From NCBI GenBank assembly GCA_963765765.1, contig CAVXYC010000010.1, positions 128,001-192,000 of the forward strand: DNA of 64,000 bases, in the 5' to 3' direction. This stretch comes from an uncultured Chloroflexia bacterium (GTDB lineage: Bacteria; Chloroflexota; UBA6077; JACCZL01). The translations under genes and the position numbers were made by a program. Under the pieces are notes generated by a model. The model was not told the DNA's origin and did no database searches. It saw only the letters and a program-made list of their open reading frames with translations. Positions 39,862 to 50,835 of the stretch are shown in pieces. Every line of letters starts with the position of its first letter. The stretch's first letter is position 1.

Positions 39862-41264
39862 TGGCAGTCTCACCACGTGACATCACTACCGACTACAAGT
39901 ACGGTTTTCACGACGATGAGTCGACGTACTCATACAAGTCGGGCAAGGGCCTCACGCGCACGCTCATCGAGGAGATGTCCGCGCGCAAAGGCGAGCCCGA
40001 GTGGATGCTCCAGTTCCGGCTGCACGCGCTGGACGTCTTCTTGAAGAAGCCGATGCCCAAGTGGGGCGCCGATCTCTCCGGTATCGACTTCGAGAACATC
40101 CACTATTACGTGAGGCCGTCAGAGAACGCGACCCGAAGCTGGGATGACGTGCCCGAGTACATCAAGAACACATTCGATAAGCTAGGCATCCCCGAAGCTG
40201 AGCGGAAGTTTCTGGGCGGCGTGAGCGCGCAGTACGAGTCTGAGGTGGTGTACCACCAGATTCGCGAGGACCTCGAGAAGCTGGGTGTCCTCTTCCTGGA
40301 CATGGACAGCGGTCTCCGAGAGTACCCGGACATCGTGAAGGAGTACTTCGCGACGGTCATTCCGGTGGCCGACAACAAGTTCTCGGCGCTGAACAGTGCC
40401 GTCTGGAGCGGTGGCAGCTTCATTTATGTGCCCAAGGGCGTCAAGGTGGAGATTCCGCTGCAGGCCTACTTCCGTATCAATACCGAGAACATGGGCCAGT
40501 TCGAGCGGACGCTGATCATCGCCGATGAGGGGTCCTCGGTCCACTACATCGAGGGCTGCACCGCCCCGACGTATAGCTCTGACTCGCTCCACAGCGCGGT
40601 GGTTGAGCTTGTGGCTCGGCCCGGCGCGCACATTCGCTACACCACCATTCAGAACTGGTCCAACAATGTCTACAACCTGGTGACCAAGCGGGCCATCGCC
40701 TACGAGAACGCCACCATTGAATGGGTGGACGGGAACCTCGGCAGCAAGGTGACGATGAAGTACCCGGCCGTGTACCTGGTGGGTCGCGGCGCGCGGGCGG
40801 ACATCATCTCCGTGGCCATGGCCGGCCGCGGTATGCACCAGGACGCGGGCGGCAAGGTCGTACACGTGGCATCCGACACGACCTCCACGATCATCTCGAA
40901 GTCCATCAGTAAGGACGGCGGACGTACCAGTTACCGCGGCCTGCTGAAGGTGCACAAGGGCGCCGAGAACGTGAAGTCGTATGTGCGCTGCGACGCGCTC
41001 ATGCTGGACGAGGAGTCGCGCTCCGATACGTACCCGTCGATCGAGATCGACGAGGACAACGTGTCGATCGAGCACGAGGCCTCGGTGAGCAAGATCAGCG
41101 AAGAGCAGCTCTTCTATCTGATGGCACGCGGCCTGGATGAGACGCAGGCGAAGACGATGATAGTCAACGGCTTCTTCGATGTCTTCACCAAGGAGCTGCC
41201 CATGGAGTACTCGGTTGAGCTGAACCGGCTGCTCCAGCTCCAGATGGAAGGCGCGGTAGGCTGA
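39861..41264 (+). CDS. sufB: Fe-S assembly scaffold SufB
   Basis: [38 protein letters not shown]. Confidence 0.98.
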   Translation: MAVSPRDITTDYKYGFHDDESTYSYKSGKGLTRTLIEEMSARKGEPEWMLQFRLHALDVFLKKPMPKWGADLSGIDFENIHYYVRPSENATRSWDDVPEYIKNTFDKLGIPEAERKFLGGVSAQYESEVVYHQIREDLEKLGVLFLDMDSGLREYPDIVKEYFATVIPVADNKFSALNSAVWSGGSFIYVPKGVKVEIPLQAYFRINTENMGQFERTLIIADEGSSVHYIEGCTAPTYSSDSLHSAVVELVARPGAHIRYTTIQNWSNNVYNLVTKRAIAYENATIEWVDGNLGSKVTMKYPAVYLVGRGARADIISVAMAGRGMHQDAGGKVVHVASDTTSTIISKSISKDGGRTSYRGLLKVHKGAENVKSYVRCDALMLDEESRSDTYPSIEIDEDNVSIEHEASVSKISEEQLFYLMARGLDETQAKTMIVNGFFDVFTKELPMEYSVELNRLLQLQMEGAVG

Positions 41265-41447
41265 GCGAATTTCGCAAGATCGACGATGGGAAACGGACGA
41301 CGAAGCGCAGACGGCCTGAACGGCCGTTGGAGCCCCAGGTTACCTGGCGGCATCCATCCTGCCATCGTTCGTCATCCGGTCTAACGCATGGAGCATCACT
41401 GAGTGATTAAAACTCTGAGGAGCGTACATCCGGTACGAGGTGGATCA

Positions 41448-42767
41448 TTGGCCAGCGCGCCAATGACGGCCGACCTGGTGGAGGCATTCTCCGCGGTACG
41501 CGGCGAGCCCGCGTGGCTGCGCGACATGCGTTTGCGTGGCTGGGAGACGTTCTCTTCGCAGCCGATGCCAACCATGCGCGACGAGGGCTGGCGGCGCACC
41601 GATCTGCGCGCGCTGGACCTCGATGCACTGTTGAATCCGCCGGCGCACTTGCCCGCGTCGTCACAGTCAGCCGAGTGCGTGAAGCGCGTGTTAACCAAGG
41701 CAGACGATGTGGCCGGTACGCTCATCGTTCAGGATTCGGCAGAGGTGAGCGTAGAGCTGGACCCAGATCTAGCTGCCAGGGGCGTTCGACTGCTGAGTCT
41801 CGAACGGGCCGTGCGAGAAATGCCCGAACGCGTCCAGGCTGCGTTGCTCTCGACGCGCTCTGATTCCCCCGACCTGTTCGCAGGCATCCATGAGGCATAT
41901 CTGAGCGGTGGCGCGTTTGTTCTCGTACCGCGCGGGGTCGTCGTGGAGAAGCCTATCCAGATCGTCCAGGCGGCCACCGAGCCAGGCCAGAGTCTCTTTC
42001 CTCACACGCTCGTGCTGGCGGAGTCCGGCGCGGATGTCACCATCATGGAGACGTACTGCGGCGATGAGCGCGTGGGCGATGCCTTCGTGAGCGCCGGCGT
42101 TGAGCTGATTCCCGCGGACAACGCTCGCATCCAGTACGTCAACAGCCAGGAGTGGGCGGAATCGGTCTGGCATTTTTCAACGTGCGCCGCAAAATCGAGT
42201 CGCACCAGCAACGTGCGATGGGTGTTTGCGTCACTGGGCGCTCGACTGGCGAGGACAACGCTGGACGCTCGTCTCGATGCAGAGGGCGCGGAGACGGAGA
42301 TCGTCGGCCTGGTGTTTGGCGAGCACAACCAGCACGCGGACCATCTCACGATTCAGGACCATATCGCAGGCCGAACTCGGAGCGACCAGCTCTTCAAGGC
42401 GGCTTTGCGCGACACGGCGAGCTCGAACTTCAATGGCTTGATCCGAGTCGGTGAGGACGCCCCTCAGACCTCTTCAAATATGGAAGCGCGAAATCTACTG
42501 TTGTCTGGTACGGCGAGGGCGGAATCGGATCCGAGGCTCGAGATCCTCAATAGCGAAGTCGAGCGCTGCTCGCACGGGGCGACGGTTGGGCCCATGGATG
42601 AGGATGCACTGTTCTACGTGATGAGTCGTGGAATCAATCGTGATGAAGCGCAGTTGTTGATAGTGGAGGCGTTCTTCGCTCCGGTCCTTCAGCGCATACC
42701 CATTGATGCTGTGCGCGAGCGGATCTGGTCGGGCATCCAACGCGAGCTCGAGGCGGAGAACAAGTAA
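41448..42767 (+). CDS. sufD: Fe-S assembly protein SufD
   Basis: EGWRRTD, NLLLS, PRLEI, CSHGATVG, LFYVMSRGI; TTG start after GAGG. Confidence 0.95.
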   Translation: MASAPMTADLVEAFSAVRGEPAWLRDMRLRGWETFSSQPMPTMRDEGWRRTDLRALDLDALLNPPAHLPASSQSAECVKRVLTKADDVAGTLIVQDSAEVSVELDPDLAARGVRLLSLERAVREMPERVQAALLSTRSDSPDLFAGIHEAYLSGGAFVLVPRGVVVEKPIQIVQAATEPGQSLFPHTLVLAESGADVTIMETYCGDERVGDAFVSAGVELIPADNARIQYVNSQEWAESVWHFSTCAAKSSRTSNVRWVFASLGARLARTTLDARLDAEGAETEIVGLVFGEHNQHADHLTIQDHIAGRTRSDQLFKAALRDTASSNFNGLIRVGEDAPQTSSNMEARNLLLSGTARAESDPRLEILNSEVERCSHGATVGPMDEDALFYVMSRGINRDEAQLLIVEAFFAPVLQRIPIDAVRERIWSGIQRELEAENK

Positions 42768-42770
42768 TAC

Positions 42771-43083
42771 ATGGGTAGCTGGACCGTGGTGGCTCGCGAA
42801 GGCGAAATCGAGCCGGGGAAGGCTCGAGTCGTAGATGTCGGTGACAAGCGCATCGCGTTGTGCAACGTCGACGGATCGATCTTCGCGATCGATGACGTCT
42901 GTACTCACGATGATGGCCCGTTGGGTGAGGGTGAGCTCATCGACGATCGCATCGAATGCCCACGGCACGGCGCGCTATTTGACGTAAAGACAGGAAAGGC
43001 CGTCACGCTTCCGGCGGTCTATCCGGTGGACACCTATCCGGTCCGCGGTGACGGACGGCGCGATAGAAGTGGAGATGGAATGA
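42771..43083 (+). CDS. Rieske-type ferredoxin (one extra base near 43047)
   Basis: CTHDDGPL...ECPRHGALFD; the natural C-terminus VTDGAIEVEME* is in the next frame. Confidence 0.9.
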
Positions 43084-44340
43084 CCTCGCAGAACGGATTT
43101 CACGGCGCGTTGGACGTAGCCGCGATCCGAAAAGATTTTCCAATCCTGGACAAGACGGCGCACGGTAAGCCGCTCATCTATCTGGACAACGCGGCCACCT
43201 CGCAGAAACCCCGGCAGGTCATTCAGACGCTTGTCGACTACTACGAGGGCTACAACGCCAATATCCATCGGGGTGTGCATGCGCTGGCGGAGCTAGCGAC
43301 CGAGCGCTATGAAGGCACGCGTGCAGAAGGTGGCGCGGTTCATCGGCGCGGCGTCCACCCGTGAGATCATATTCACCCGAAACACGACCGAGGCGATTAA
43401 CCTGGTGGCGCATACCTGGGGCCGACAGAATATCGGCGCAGGCGACGAGATTCTCGTCACACGGATGGAGCACCACAGCAACGTCGTGCCCTGGCAGCTC
43501 CTCGCTGCCGAGCGTGGGGCAAAGCTTCGCTATATCAATTTTTCCGTGGACGGAATTGTCGAGCCAGAAGACATCAAAAAAGCGCTTACGGATCGAACGC
43601 GGATCCTGGCCATCACGCACATGTCAAATGTCCTCGGGACGATTAATCCGGTAGCCGAGGCCGCGAAGCTGGCGCATGACGCGGGGGCGCTCATCCTGGT
43701 TGATGGAGCGCAAAGCGTCCCGCACATGCCGGTGAACGTGCACGACCTCGATTGTGACTTCTTGGCCTTCTCATCGCACAAGATGCTTGGTCCAACGGGC
43801 GTCGGTGTACTCTACGGGAAGGAAGCGCTGCTGGAAAGTATGCCGCCATTCCTGGGCGGGGGCGAGATGATCGACCGCGTCTCAGACGACATGTCGACCT
43901 GGAATGAGCTGCCCTGGAAATACGAGGCGGGGACGCCCAACATCGCCGACGTGATCGCGTTTGGCGCAGCCATTGATTACCTCTCAGAGCTCGGTATGGA
44001 GCGCGTACGTGAGCACGAGCGTGAGCTTGTTGCGTACGCGATGGAGGCCATCGGCAGTGTTCCCGATATCAAAATTTTTGGGCCGCGGGACTCTGTGCGT
44101 CGCGGAGGCGTGGTTGCATTCAACTTTGGCGCTATCCACTCACATGACGTCGGGATGATCCTTGACTATGAGGGCATAGCTGTACGAGTCGGCCATCATT
44201 GCTGCCAGCTTCTGATGAAGGACCTGGACGTCCCGGGCACCGCGCGGGCGAGCTTCTATGTGTACAACACTCCGGAGGAAGTAGACGCTCTGGTTACCGG
44301 CCTATCGAAAGTGAAGGAGATGTTCCGAGTTGGCGCTTGA
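43080..44340 (+). CDS. sufS: Cysteine desulfurase SufS (frameshift near 43325)
   Basis: YLDNAATSQKP, NIHRGVH, EHHSN, DGAQS, SHKMLGPTG, RVGHHC, RASF. Confidence 0.95.
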
Positions 44341-44797
44341 CGACCTGTATCGAGAGATCATTCTCGATCACTACCAGAGTCCACGCGGTCGTGGCGAGAT
44401 GACTGATCCGTCGGTGCGCGTGCACGGCCACAATCCGTTGTGCGGCGATGAAGTGGACGTGATGCTGAAGATCGATAGTGGCAAGGTCGTGGACGTCATG
44501 TTCAATGGCCGCGGCTGCTCGATCAGTCAGGCCTCGGCGTCGATGATGACCGAGGGTGTCGAAGGTCTCTCGGATGAAGACGCTGACGAGCTGGTTGGCG
44601 GCTTCCGCGAAATGATGGTTGGAAGTGGATCGCTCGACGGCCTGAACGGAAATGAAGAGCTGGAGGCGCTGCAAGGCGTCAAGAAGTACCCGGTTCGAGT
44701 GAAATGCGCCATGCTACCCTGGAACGCCCTCCGTGAGGCGTTGCAGCAATATCGCGATGGCGTGACCAATGCCGATAAGGAGATAACCGATGCCTGA
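44330..44797 (+). CDS. sufU: SufU/IscU-like protein
   Basis: NPLCGD, GCSISQASAS, RVKCA. Confidence 0.95.
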   Translation: MALDDLYREIILDHYQSPRGRGEMTDPSVRVHGHNPLCGDEVDVMLKIDSGKVVDVMFNGRGCSISQASASMMTEGVEGLSDEDADELVGGFREMMVGSGSLDGLNGNEELEALQGVKKYPVRVKCAMLPWNALREALQQYRDGVTNADKEITDA

Positions 44798-45146
44798 CGA
44801 AGTCGTGGCTGAAAGTGCGAACGCTGCTCAGACGGAAGTGATGCCCACCGAGGACGAGATGCTCGGGGCGCTCAAGGCGGTATATGACCCTGAGATTGGG
44901 ATCAATATCGTGGATCTTGGGCTTGTCTACGGTGTCACCGCGGACGACGGCAACGTTGTTGTTGATATGACGCTTACGAGTCCTGCTTGCCCGCTCGCGC
45001 CGGTGATCAAGGTGCAGGCGGAGGCGGTGCTGTGTAACAAGTTTCCAGCAGTCCAGGATGTTGAGATCAACCTGGTATGGACGCCACGTTGGGATCCGCG
45101 CACAATGGCCAGTGAAGAAGCCAAAGCTGAGCTGGGAATCTGGTAG
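44790..45146 (+). CDS. sufT: DUF59/SufT metal-sulfur cluster biosynthesis protein
   Basis: VYDPEIGINIVDLGLVY, MTLTSPACP, VWTPRW. Confidence 0.9.
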   Translation: MPDEVVAESANAAQTEVMPTEDEMLGALKAVYDPEIGINIVDLGLVYGVTADDGNVVVDMTLTSPACPLAPVIKVQAEAVLCNKFPAVQDVEINLVWTPRWDPRTMASEEAKAELGIW

Positions 45147-45347
45147 AGTAGCCGCTGGCTGGGCTCCGCGGAAGCAGTGTGACTATAATTCTGACTGTAC
45201 AGCGCGTGAGACTGATGATACGGAAAGCGCTTGATCGCGGATCACCACGATGATTGGTCGAGGGTGGTTCGCTTTCTGTGTGTCTGGAGGGGTGCGCCGG
45301 AGGGTGGCGCGCACAGTCACAGGGTCCGGTTAAGAGGGGGAGGGCGC

Positions 45348-47111
45348 ATGCCCAAGAACAACATTTCGATCAAGATTGGCGGTGAAGCCGGACAGGGTGT
45401 CGAGTCCGGCGGCGCTGGGTTCGCCCGTGCGCTTGTCCGCGGTGGCTTGTGGGTCTTCGGACTCCAGGACTACATGTCGCGAATCCGCGGCGGACACAAC
45501 TTTTATCACGTGCGCGTTTCGGAAGAACCGATTTACTCGCATGTGGAGGACGTGCACCTCTTGCTGGCGTTCAATAAGGACGCGGTTGGGTACCACCTCT
45601 CTGAGATCGTTCCTGGTGGCGGAGTCATTCATGACGAAGCCATAAAGGTCGACGAGGCGGCACTCGCAGAGGGTGACGTGCGGAACTTTGAGCTTCCGCT
45701 GGTGAAGCTGGCTGAGGAAGTTGGCGGTCATCGAATCATGATGAATACCGCTGCCCTGGGTGCCACGGCGGGGCTCACGCAATACAACTTTGAGCGCATT
45801 GAAGATGTCATCGAGAACAACTTCAAGCGCAAAGGGGCCGAGGTTGTTGGAAGCAATGTCAAGGTAGCCAAGGCTGCCTATGACATGGCCGGTGAGCGCT
45901 ACGGTGCCGACTTCCCATGGAAGCTCGAGGCGATTCCGAATCAGTCCAAAAAAATGTTGATCAATGGCAACCAGGCTATCGGCATGGGAGCCATCGCGGC
46001 GGGCTGTAAGTTCATATCGACGTATCCAATGACTCCCGCCAGCACGATTACCGAATACATCGCGGCTAACGCCCGCAAGTTCGGTATCGTTCAGAAAGAG
46101 ACTGAGGACGAGATTGCCGCGATCCTCTTCGCCATCGGCGCTGCACACGCCGGTGTTCGGGCGATGACGGCGAGCTCAGGCGGTGGATTCTGTCTCATGG
46201 TTGAGGCTTATGGCCTGGCCGCGATGACGGAGACTCCGCTGGTTATTGCGGAGGTTGCACGCGGTGGTCCGAGCACGGGTCTACCCACACGCACCGAGTC
46301 CTCCGACCTGCAGTTCGTGCTTCACGCATCGCACGGCGAGTTCCCACGAATCGTTCTCACACCTGGCACGGTTGAGCAGTGCTTCGAGGCGGGCTATCGA
46401 GCGTTCAATCTCGCCGACAAATACCAGACACCAGTCATCATCTTGAGCGATCTGTTCCTCTCGAACCAGGTTCGCACGGTGCCAGCTGATTCGTTCGACT
46501 TCCACAAGGTCTCGATCGATCGCGGCGAGATGGTGAGCTATGAAGATCTGGACAAGCTCACTCAGCCTTACGAGCGACATGCGCTCACTGAGTCGGGAAT
46601 CTCTCCGCGAGCTATCCCTGGCCACGAGAAGGCTGTATACATCACCACTGGTGATGAGCACTCCGAACGCGGCTGGATCACTGAGGAATCAGATATCCGC
46701 AACCGCCAGATGGAGAAGCGCATGCGCAAAGAGACGCTTTGCGCTGAGCAAGACATGCAGCTTCCGATCATCTGGGGTCCTGAAACCGCGGATATCTCGT
46801 TGGTCACGTTTGGCTCCACGATCGGCGCTGCTGAAGAAGCGGCACGCATGATGACCGCTGACGGGACGCCCACCAACGTCCTTCAGTTTGTTGACATGCA
46901 TCCGTTTCAAGAGGAGCCGCTCACGGATCTGATCAACAGCCTCAAGACGATGGTGATCGTCGAAATGAACTTCACTGCTCAGCTTGCACAGGTGATTCGG
47001 CAGTACACGGGGCGCAAACCCGACGTGCTCCTGACCAAGTACGATGGTCGGCCGTACTCACCCGAAGAAATCGTACGGAAGGTACGCGAGAAGGTGGCGG
47101 TAAATGTCTGA
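45348..47111 (+). CDS. korA: 2-oxoacid:ferredoxin oxidoreductase alpha (gamma-alpha fused), copy 1
   Basis: GEAGQG, SRIRGGHN, YPMTP, EDEIAA, RGGPSTGLPT. Confidence 0.93.
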   Translation: MPKNNISIKIGGEAGQGVESGGAGFARALVRGGLWVFGLQDYMSRIRGGHNFYHVRVSEEPIYSHVEDVHLLLAFNKDAVGYHLSEIVPGGGVIHDEAIKVDEAALAEGDVRNFELPLVKLAEEVGGHRIMMNTAALGATAGLTQYNFERIEDVIENNFKRKGAEVVGSNVKVAKAAYDMAGERYGADFPWKLEAIPNQSKKMLINGNQAIGMGAIAAGCKFISTYPMTPASTITEYIAANARKFGIVQKETEDEIAAILFAIGAAHAGVRAMTASSGGGFCLMVEAYGLAAMTETPLVIAEVARGGPSTGLPTRTESSDLQFVLHASHGEFPRIVLTPGTVEQCFEAGYRAFNLADKYQTPVIILSDLFLSNQVRTVPADSFDFHKVSIDRGEMVSYEDLDKLTQPYERHALTESGISPRAIPGHEKAVYITTGDEHSERGWITEESDIRNRQMEKRMRKETLCAEQDMQLPIIWGPETADISLVTFGSTIGAAEEAARMMTADGTPTNVLQFVDMHPFQEEPLTDLINSLKTMVIVEMNFTAQLAQVIRQYTGRKPDVLLTKYDGRPYSPEEIVRKVREKVAVNV

Positions 47112-47973
47112 ACTCAAATTATTCAACACAACTGAAAAGTCCACCTGGTGCCCCGGATGCGGTGACTTCGGCATTCTCGCGGGCATCAAGGCGGCACTAG
47201 CTGCGCTGGACCTCATGCCGCACCAGGCGATGATCGTCTCTGGTATCGGCTGCGGCTCAAAGCTTCCGCACTACATGACCGTGAACGCGTACAACTCGCT
47301 GCACGGTCGCGCTGTGCCAATCGCCCAGGGCATCAAGCTCGCCAATCACAATCTCAAGGTCATCATTGTGACTGGTGATGGTGACGGCTATGGCATTGGT
47401 GCGAACCACCTGATGCAGGGGATGCGCCGTAACGCGGACGTCACCCACATCATCGAGAACAACCAGATTTACGGATTGACCAAGGGGCAATACTCACCAA
47501 CTTCCGACAAGGGTGTTGTGACGAGCTTCTCGCCAGAGGGGTCGATCGAAGCAGCGCTAAATCCGCTGGCTCTGGCTCTCGCGGCAGGTGCGACATTTAT
47601 CTCGCGAACGTTCGCGGGCGATGTGAAGCACATGTCAGCCCTGATCCAGGAAGCCGTCAAGCATCCTGGCTATTCTGTGGTGGACACACTTCAGCCTTGC
47701 GTGACGTACAACAAAGTCAACACGTATGACTGGTACCGTGAGCGCGTTTATAAGGTCGAGGAAGAGGCGGGCTACAACCCTACCGATCGCGACCAGGCCT
47801 GGACGCGAGCGCAGGAGTGGGGCGATCGCATCCCCGTGGGAATCATCTACCAGGACACCAGTCGGGCAACGTACGAGTCGCAGGTATCTGCCCTTCAGAA
47901 GGGGCCGCTGGTCCAGCAGGAGCTGAATGGTCGATATCCCGATTACGACGCTTTGAAGGAAGCGCTCGTCTAG
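47104..47973 (+). CDS. korB: 2-oxoacid:ferredoxin oxidoreductase beta, copy 1
   Basis: WCPGCGDF, SGIGC, LHGR, GDGD, YGLTKGQ. Confidence 0.93.
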   Translation: MSELKLFNTTEKSTWCPGCGDFGILAGIKAALAALDLMPHQAMIVSGIGCGSKLPHYMTVNAYNSLHGRAVPIAQGIKLANHNLKVIIVTGDGDGYGIGANHLMQGMRRNADVTHIIENNQIYGLTKGQYSPTSDKGVVTSFSPEGSIEAALNPLALALAAGATFISRTFAGDVKHMSALIQEAVKHPGYSVVDTLQPCVTYNKVNTYDWYRERVYKVEEEAGYNPTDRDQAWTRAQEWGDRIPVGIIYQDTSRATYESQVSALQKGPLVQQELNGRYPDYDALKEALV

Positions 47974-47998
47974 TTCACGAGACTTGAGAGCACATGAG

Positions 47999-48026
47999 AC
48001 GCGGCGAGGATCACTCGCCGCGTTTC
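47999..48026 (+). terminator. Intrinsic terminator
   Basis: ACGCGGCGAG-GATCA-CTCGCCGCGT-TTC. Confidence 0.6.
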
Positions 48027-48066
48027 CGTGCGAAATCACCGCGCTACCATTCACAAGGAGAGTGGA

Positions 48067-48705
48067 GTGAATCAATCCGACGGCGCCGATGCCGCCGCGG
48101 AACGCCGTAGTCTGATTCGAAGCCTCAATCCCTTCGGTCGGATTCGACTTCGAGTCGCGGCGAGGCTCCACGAATATGCCTCGGATCTCACCCGAGGTGA
48201 GCTCAATTTCTCATGGATTACGGATGATCTCGCGGCGGGCGGATCGGTCCGCGTGCGGGATTACAAGCGTCTGCATGAACTTGGCGTATCGGGCGTTATC
48301 GACCTTCGAGCAGAAGCTTGCGACGACGAGTCCGCCCTGCGTCGAGTCGGGATCGAGCTTCTAAATCTGCCGACACCAGACCGCTACGCTCCCTCAGTGG
48401 AGATACTCGAGTCGGGTGTGCGCTGGGCCGAGGAGCATCTTGCCCGGAGCGGCAAGATATTTGCTCACTGCGAGCACGGCGTGGGACGAGGGCCCTTGAT
48501 GATCTGCGCTGTACTGGTCAGCCGCGGCGCAAGTACGCCCGATGCGCTTGGTGTGCTTCGGGAACGTCGCTGGCAGAGTGCCCCCAATGATCGACAGATC
48601 GAAGCGCTCCTGGCTTTCGAGAGGCATTGTCGACAAATCTTGACGGCCTCCGGTCTGGAGCCTGGCCAGGAGTGGACGGAAGCTCGAGCCGGCGGTGTCG
48701 GCTGA
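48067..48705 (+). CDS. Dual-specificity/PTP-like phosphatase (CX5R)
   Basis: VIDLR, LPTPD, HCEHGVGRG, PNDRQ. Confidence 0.88.
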   Translation: MNQSDGADAAAERRSLIRSLNPFGRIRLRVAARLHEYASDLTRGELNFSWITDDLAAGGSVRVRDYKRLHELGVSGVIDLRAEACDDESALRRVGIELLNLPTPDRYAPSVEILESGVRWAEEHLARSGKIFAHCEHGVGRGPLMICAVLVSRGASTPDALGVLRERRWQSAPNDRQIEALLAFERHCRQILTASGLEPGQEWTEARAGGVG

Positions 48706-48934
48706 GGCGGTCCAATGTGCATGTCGAAGATGTATTCAGAGAACAGGACTGATCATCTGTAACAATGAATCAAGGGTATAGGTAAGGCTATCCGGGGCGA
48801 ATTGCCACGGAGATCAACATTTTGAAGCAAGTGGCGGGCTGAACTGTCACGGGGCGCACGGGCGCCGGAATCGAATCATGAGCCGCACCAGTCTCAGAGT
48901 GACTCAGGCTGGTCCGTCTGAGTGAGGGGGAAAC

Positions 48935-50821
48935 ATGGAATTACGGGATCTGACCTGGCTCGTAGGCGGGCCGCAGGGTGGTGGCATCAACGCGTCCGCA
49001 GAAACGCTGACCAAGGCGTGCACGCGCGCCGGTTACCGTGTGATCGCGAACATTGAATACCACTCCAACATCATGGGCGAGCACAGCTACTATCGAGTTC
49101 GAATCTCCGACGTGGACCGAACTTCGATCTCCGAGCGTGTTCACGTCCTCGTCTCACTCGACGAGGAGACGCTCTTCGGCGAAGCGCATGCAACGTTCCC
49201 AGGCTTCCCGGGCCATCTCAACGAGCTCGTGCCGGGGGGCGCGGTGGTCTTCGATTCGTCGATCAAGCTCGACAAAGTGCTCGAGCGACGCAAAGACATC
49301 CTGGCATGTCCGCTGCCCTACACCGAGATCCTGGAAGAGATGCTCTCCGAATTTGGGCGCTCCGGACAAGCCGGCCGCATGCGTGTCATGGTGAACACGA
49401 TTGCCACCGGTGCATCCCTCGCGCTCATGGGATTCCCGCTCAGCCGATTCCAGGACGGTCTCCGTGAGGGTTTCTCCGGACGCCGCGCAGAGATCGGCGA
49501 GATGAACGCGCGCGCAGCAGAGATCGGGTTCAACTACCTGACAGAGCACTATCTCAAGGATTCCGACTTCCGACTTGTCAAAGTTCAGGAGCCGGCAGTT
49601 CCGCCACTTCTTATTCGTGGTATGCAGGCGTGCGCCATTTCCAAGCTCAAGGCTGGGCTCGGTATTCAGACGTACTACCCGATTAGCCCCGCTACGGACG
49701 AGAACGTCTATCTCGAGGCGCATCAGCGCGAGACAGACCTGGTGGTCGTTCAAACTGAAGATGAGATATCGGCGATCAATATGGCCGTGGGAGCCGCCCA
49801 TGGCGGCGCTCGAGTGTCGACTTCCACCTCAGGACCAGGGTTCTCGCTCATGGTTGAAGGCATTGGCTTTGCCTCAATGACTGAGGCGGCGGGCCCCGTC
49901 GTGATGATCTGGTCACGCGGCGGTCCGAGCACGGGCTTACCGACACGGCAGGAGCAAGGCGACCTTCGCTTCATGCTCCAGCCCGGCCATGGCGAATTCC
50001 CTCACATCTTGGTTGCCCCAGGTGACGTGGACGAGGTGGTTGAGGACGCGTTCGAGTCGTTCAATTGGGCTGATCGCTATCAGCTTCCTGTCATCGTCCT
50101 GTGCGACAAGCTACTCTCGACGACGTACGTGACGCACGATGGTTTGAAGTTGGACGCGCTCCCGCCAATCGACCGCGGCGCGTACTTCGACGCGACAAAG
50201 AACGGCGCCAACGGTGCGGCGCATGATGAGAAGCTCGGTTACTTACGCTATGCGATCACCGAGAACGGCATCACGCCGCGGTCCATCCCAGGTGATGAGG
50301 GCGGCGTCTATTGGACGACCACGGACGAGCACGACCCACAGGGACACATCACCGAAGACGCTCAAAATCGCATCGACATGATGCACAAGCGGATGAACAA
50401 GCTGGCGCTGGCGCTCAGTGAGATGCCGGTGGAGCGCACGTTCAGTGTAATTGGACCCGAAGATGCCGACGTGACGCTTGTCGGTTGGGGCTCCACCAAG
50501 GGCGCGATCCTGGACGCGCTTCGATTGCTGAAGGAAGAAGATGGCATCACCGCCAACTATCTCCACGTGCGGCTCATGCGGCCATTCCCGGTGGCTGGTG
50601 TAGAAGCCGTGCTCAAGCGAGCGAAGCGGACCATTCTGGTGGAGACGAACTATCTCGGTCAGCTTGGCATGCTCATCCGTGAGCAAACTGGCTTCACGAT
50701 CGAAGAGAAAATTTTGAAGTTTGACGGTCGCCCATTCTCCGAGGAGGAGATCATGGACGGCCTCCGCTCAGTCATCAAGAACGGTCAGCGAGAAGTTGAA
50801 GTCTCGCACCTTTCGTCCTAG
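48935..50821 (+). CDS. 2-oxoacid:ferredoxin oxidoreductase alpha, copy 2
   Basis: GGPQGGG, EYHSNIMGEHS, YPISPA, TSGPGFSLM, RGGPSTGLPT. Confidence 0.93.
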   Translation: MELRDLTWLVGGPQGGGINASAETLTKACTRAGYRVIANIEYHSNIMGEHSYYRVRISDVDRTSISERVHVLVSLDEETLFGEAHATFPGFPGHLNELVPGGAVVFDSSIKLDKVLERRKDILACPLPYTEILEEMLSEFGRSGQAGRMRVMVNTIATGASLALMGFPLSRFQDGLREGFSGRRAEIGEMNARAAEIGFNYLTEHYLKDSDFRLVKVQEPAVPPLLIRGMQACAISKLKAGLGIQTYYPISPATDENVYLEAHQRETDLVVVQTEDEISAINMAVGAAHGGARVSTSTSGPGFSLMVEGIGFASMTEAAGPVVMIWSRGGPSTGLPTRQEQGDLRFMLQPGHGEFPHILVAPGDVDEVVEDAFESFNWADRYQLPVIVLCDKLLSTTYVTHDGLKLDALPPIDRGAYFDATKNGANGAAHDEKLGYLRYAITENGITPRSIPGDEGGVYWTTTDEHDPQGHITEDAQNRIDMMHKRMNKLALALSEMPVERTFSVIGPEDADVTLVGWGSTKGAILDALRLLKEEDGITANYLHVRLMRPFPVAGVEAVLKRAKRTILVETNYLGQLGMLIREQTGFTIEEKILKFDGRPFSEEEIMDGLRSVIKNGQREVEVSHLSS

Positions 50822-50835
50822 CTCAGGAGACTAAA

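Noticed and set aside
41265-41400. Regulatory RNA between sufB and sufD
   Set aside because: The imperfect GACGATGG/CCATCGTTCGTC inverted repeat looks like an ordinary intergenic repeat relic.
42771-43364. Genuine Rieske-SufS fusion protein
   Set aside because: The normal Rieske C-terminus and an ATGA overlap with sufS are present in the neighbouring frame, so a single indel explains it.
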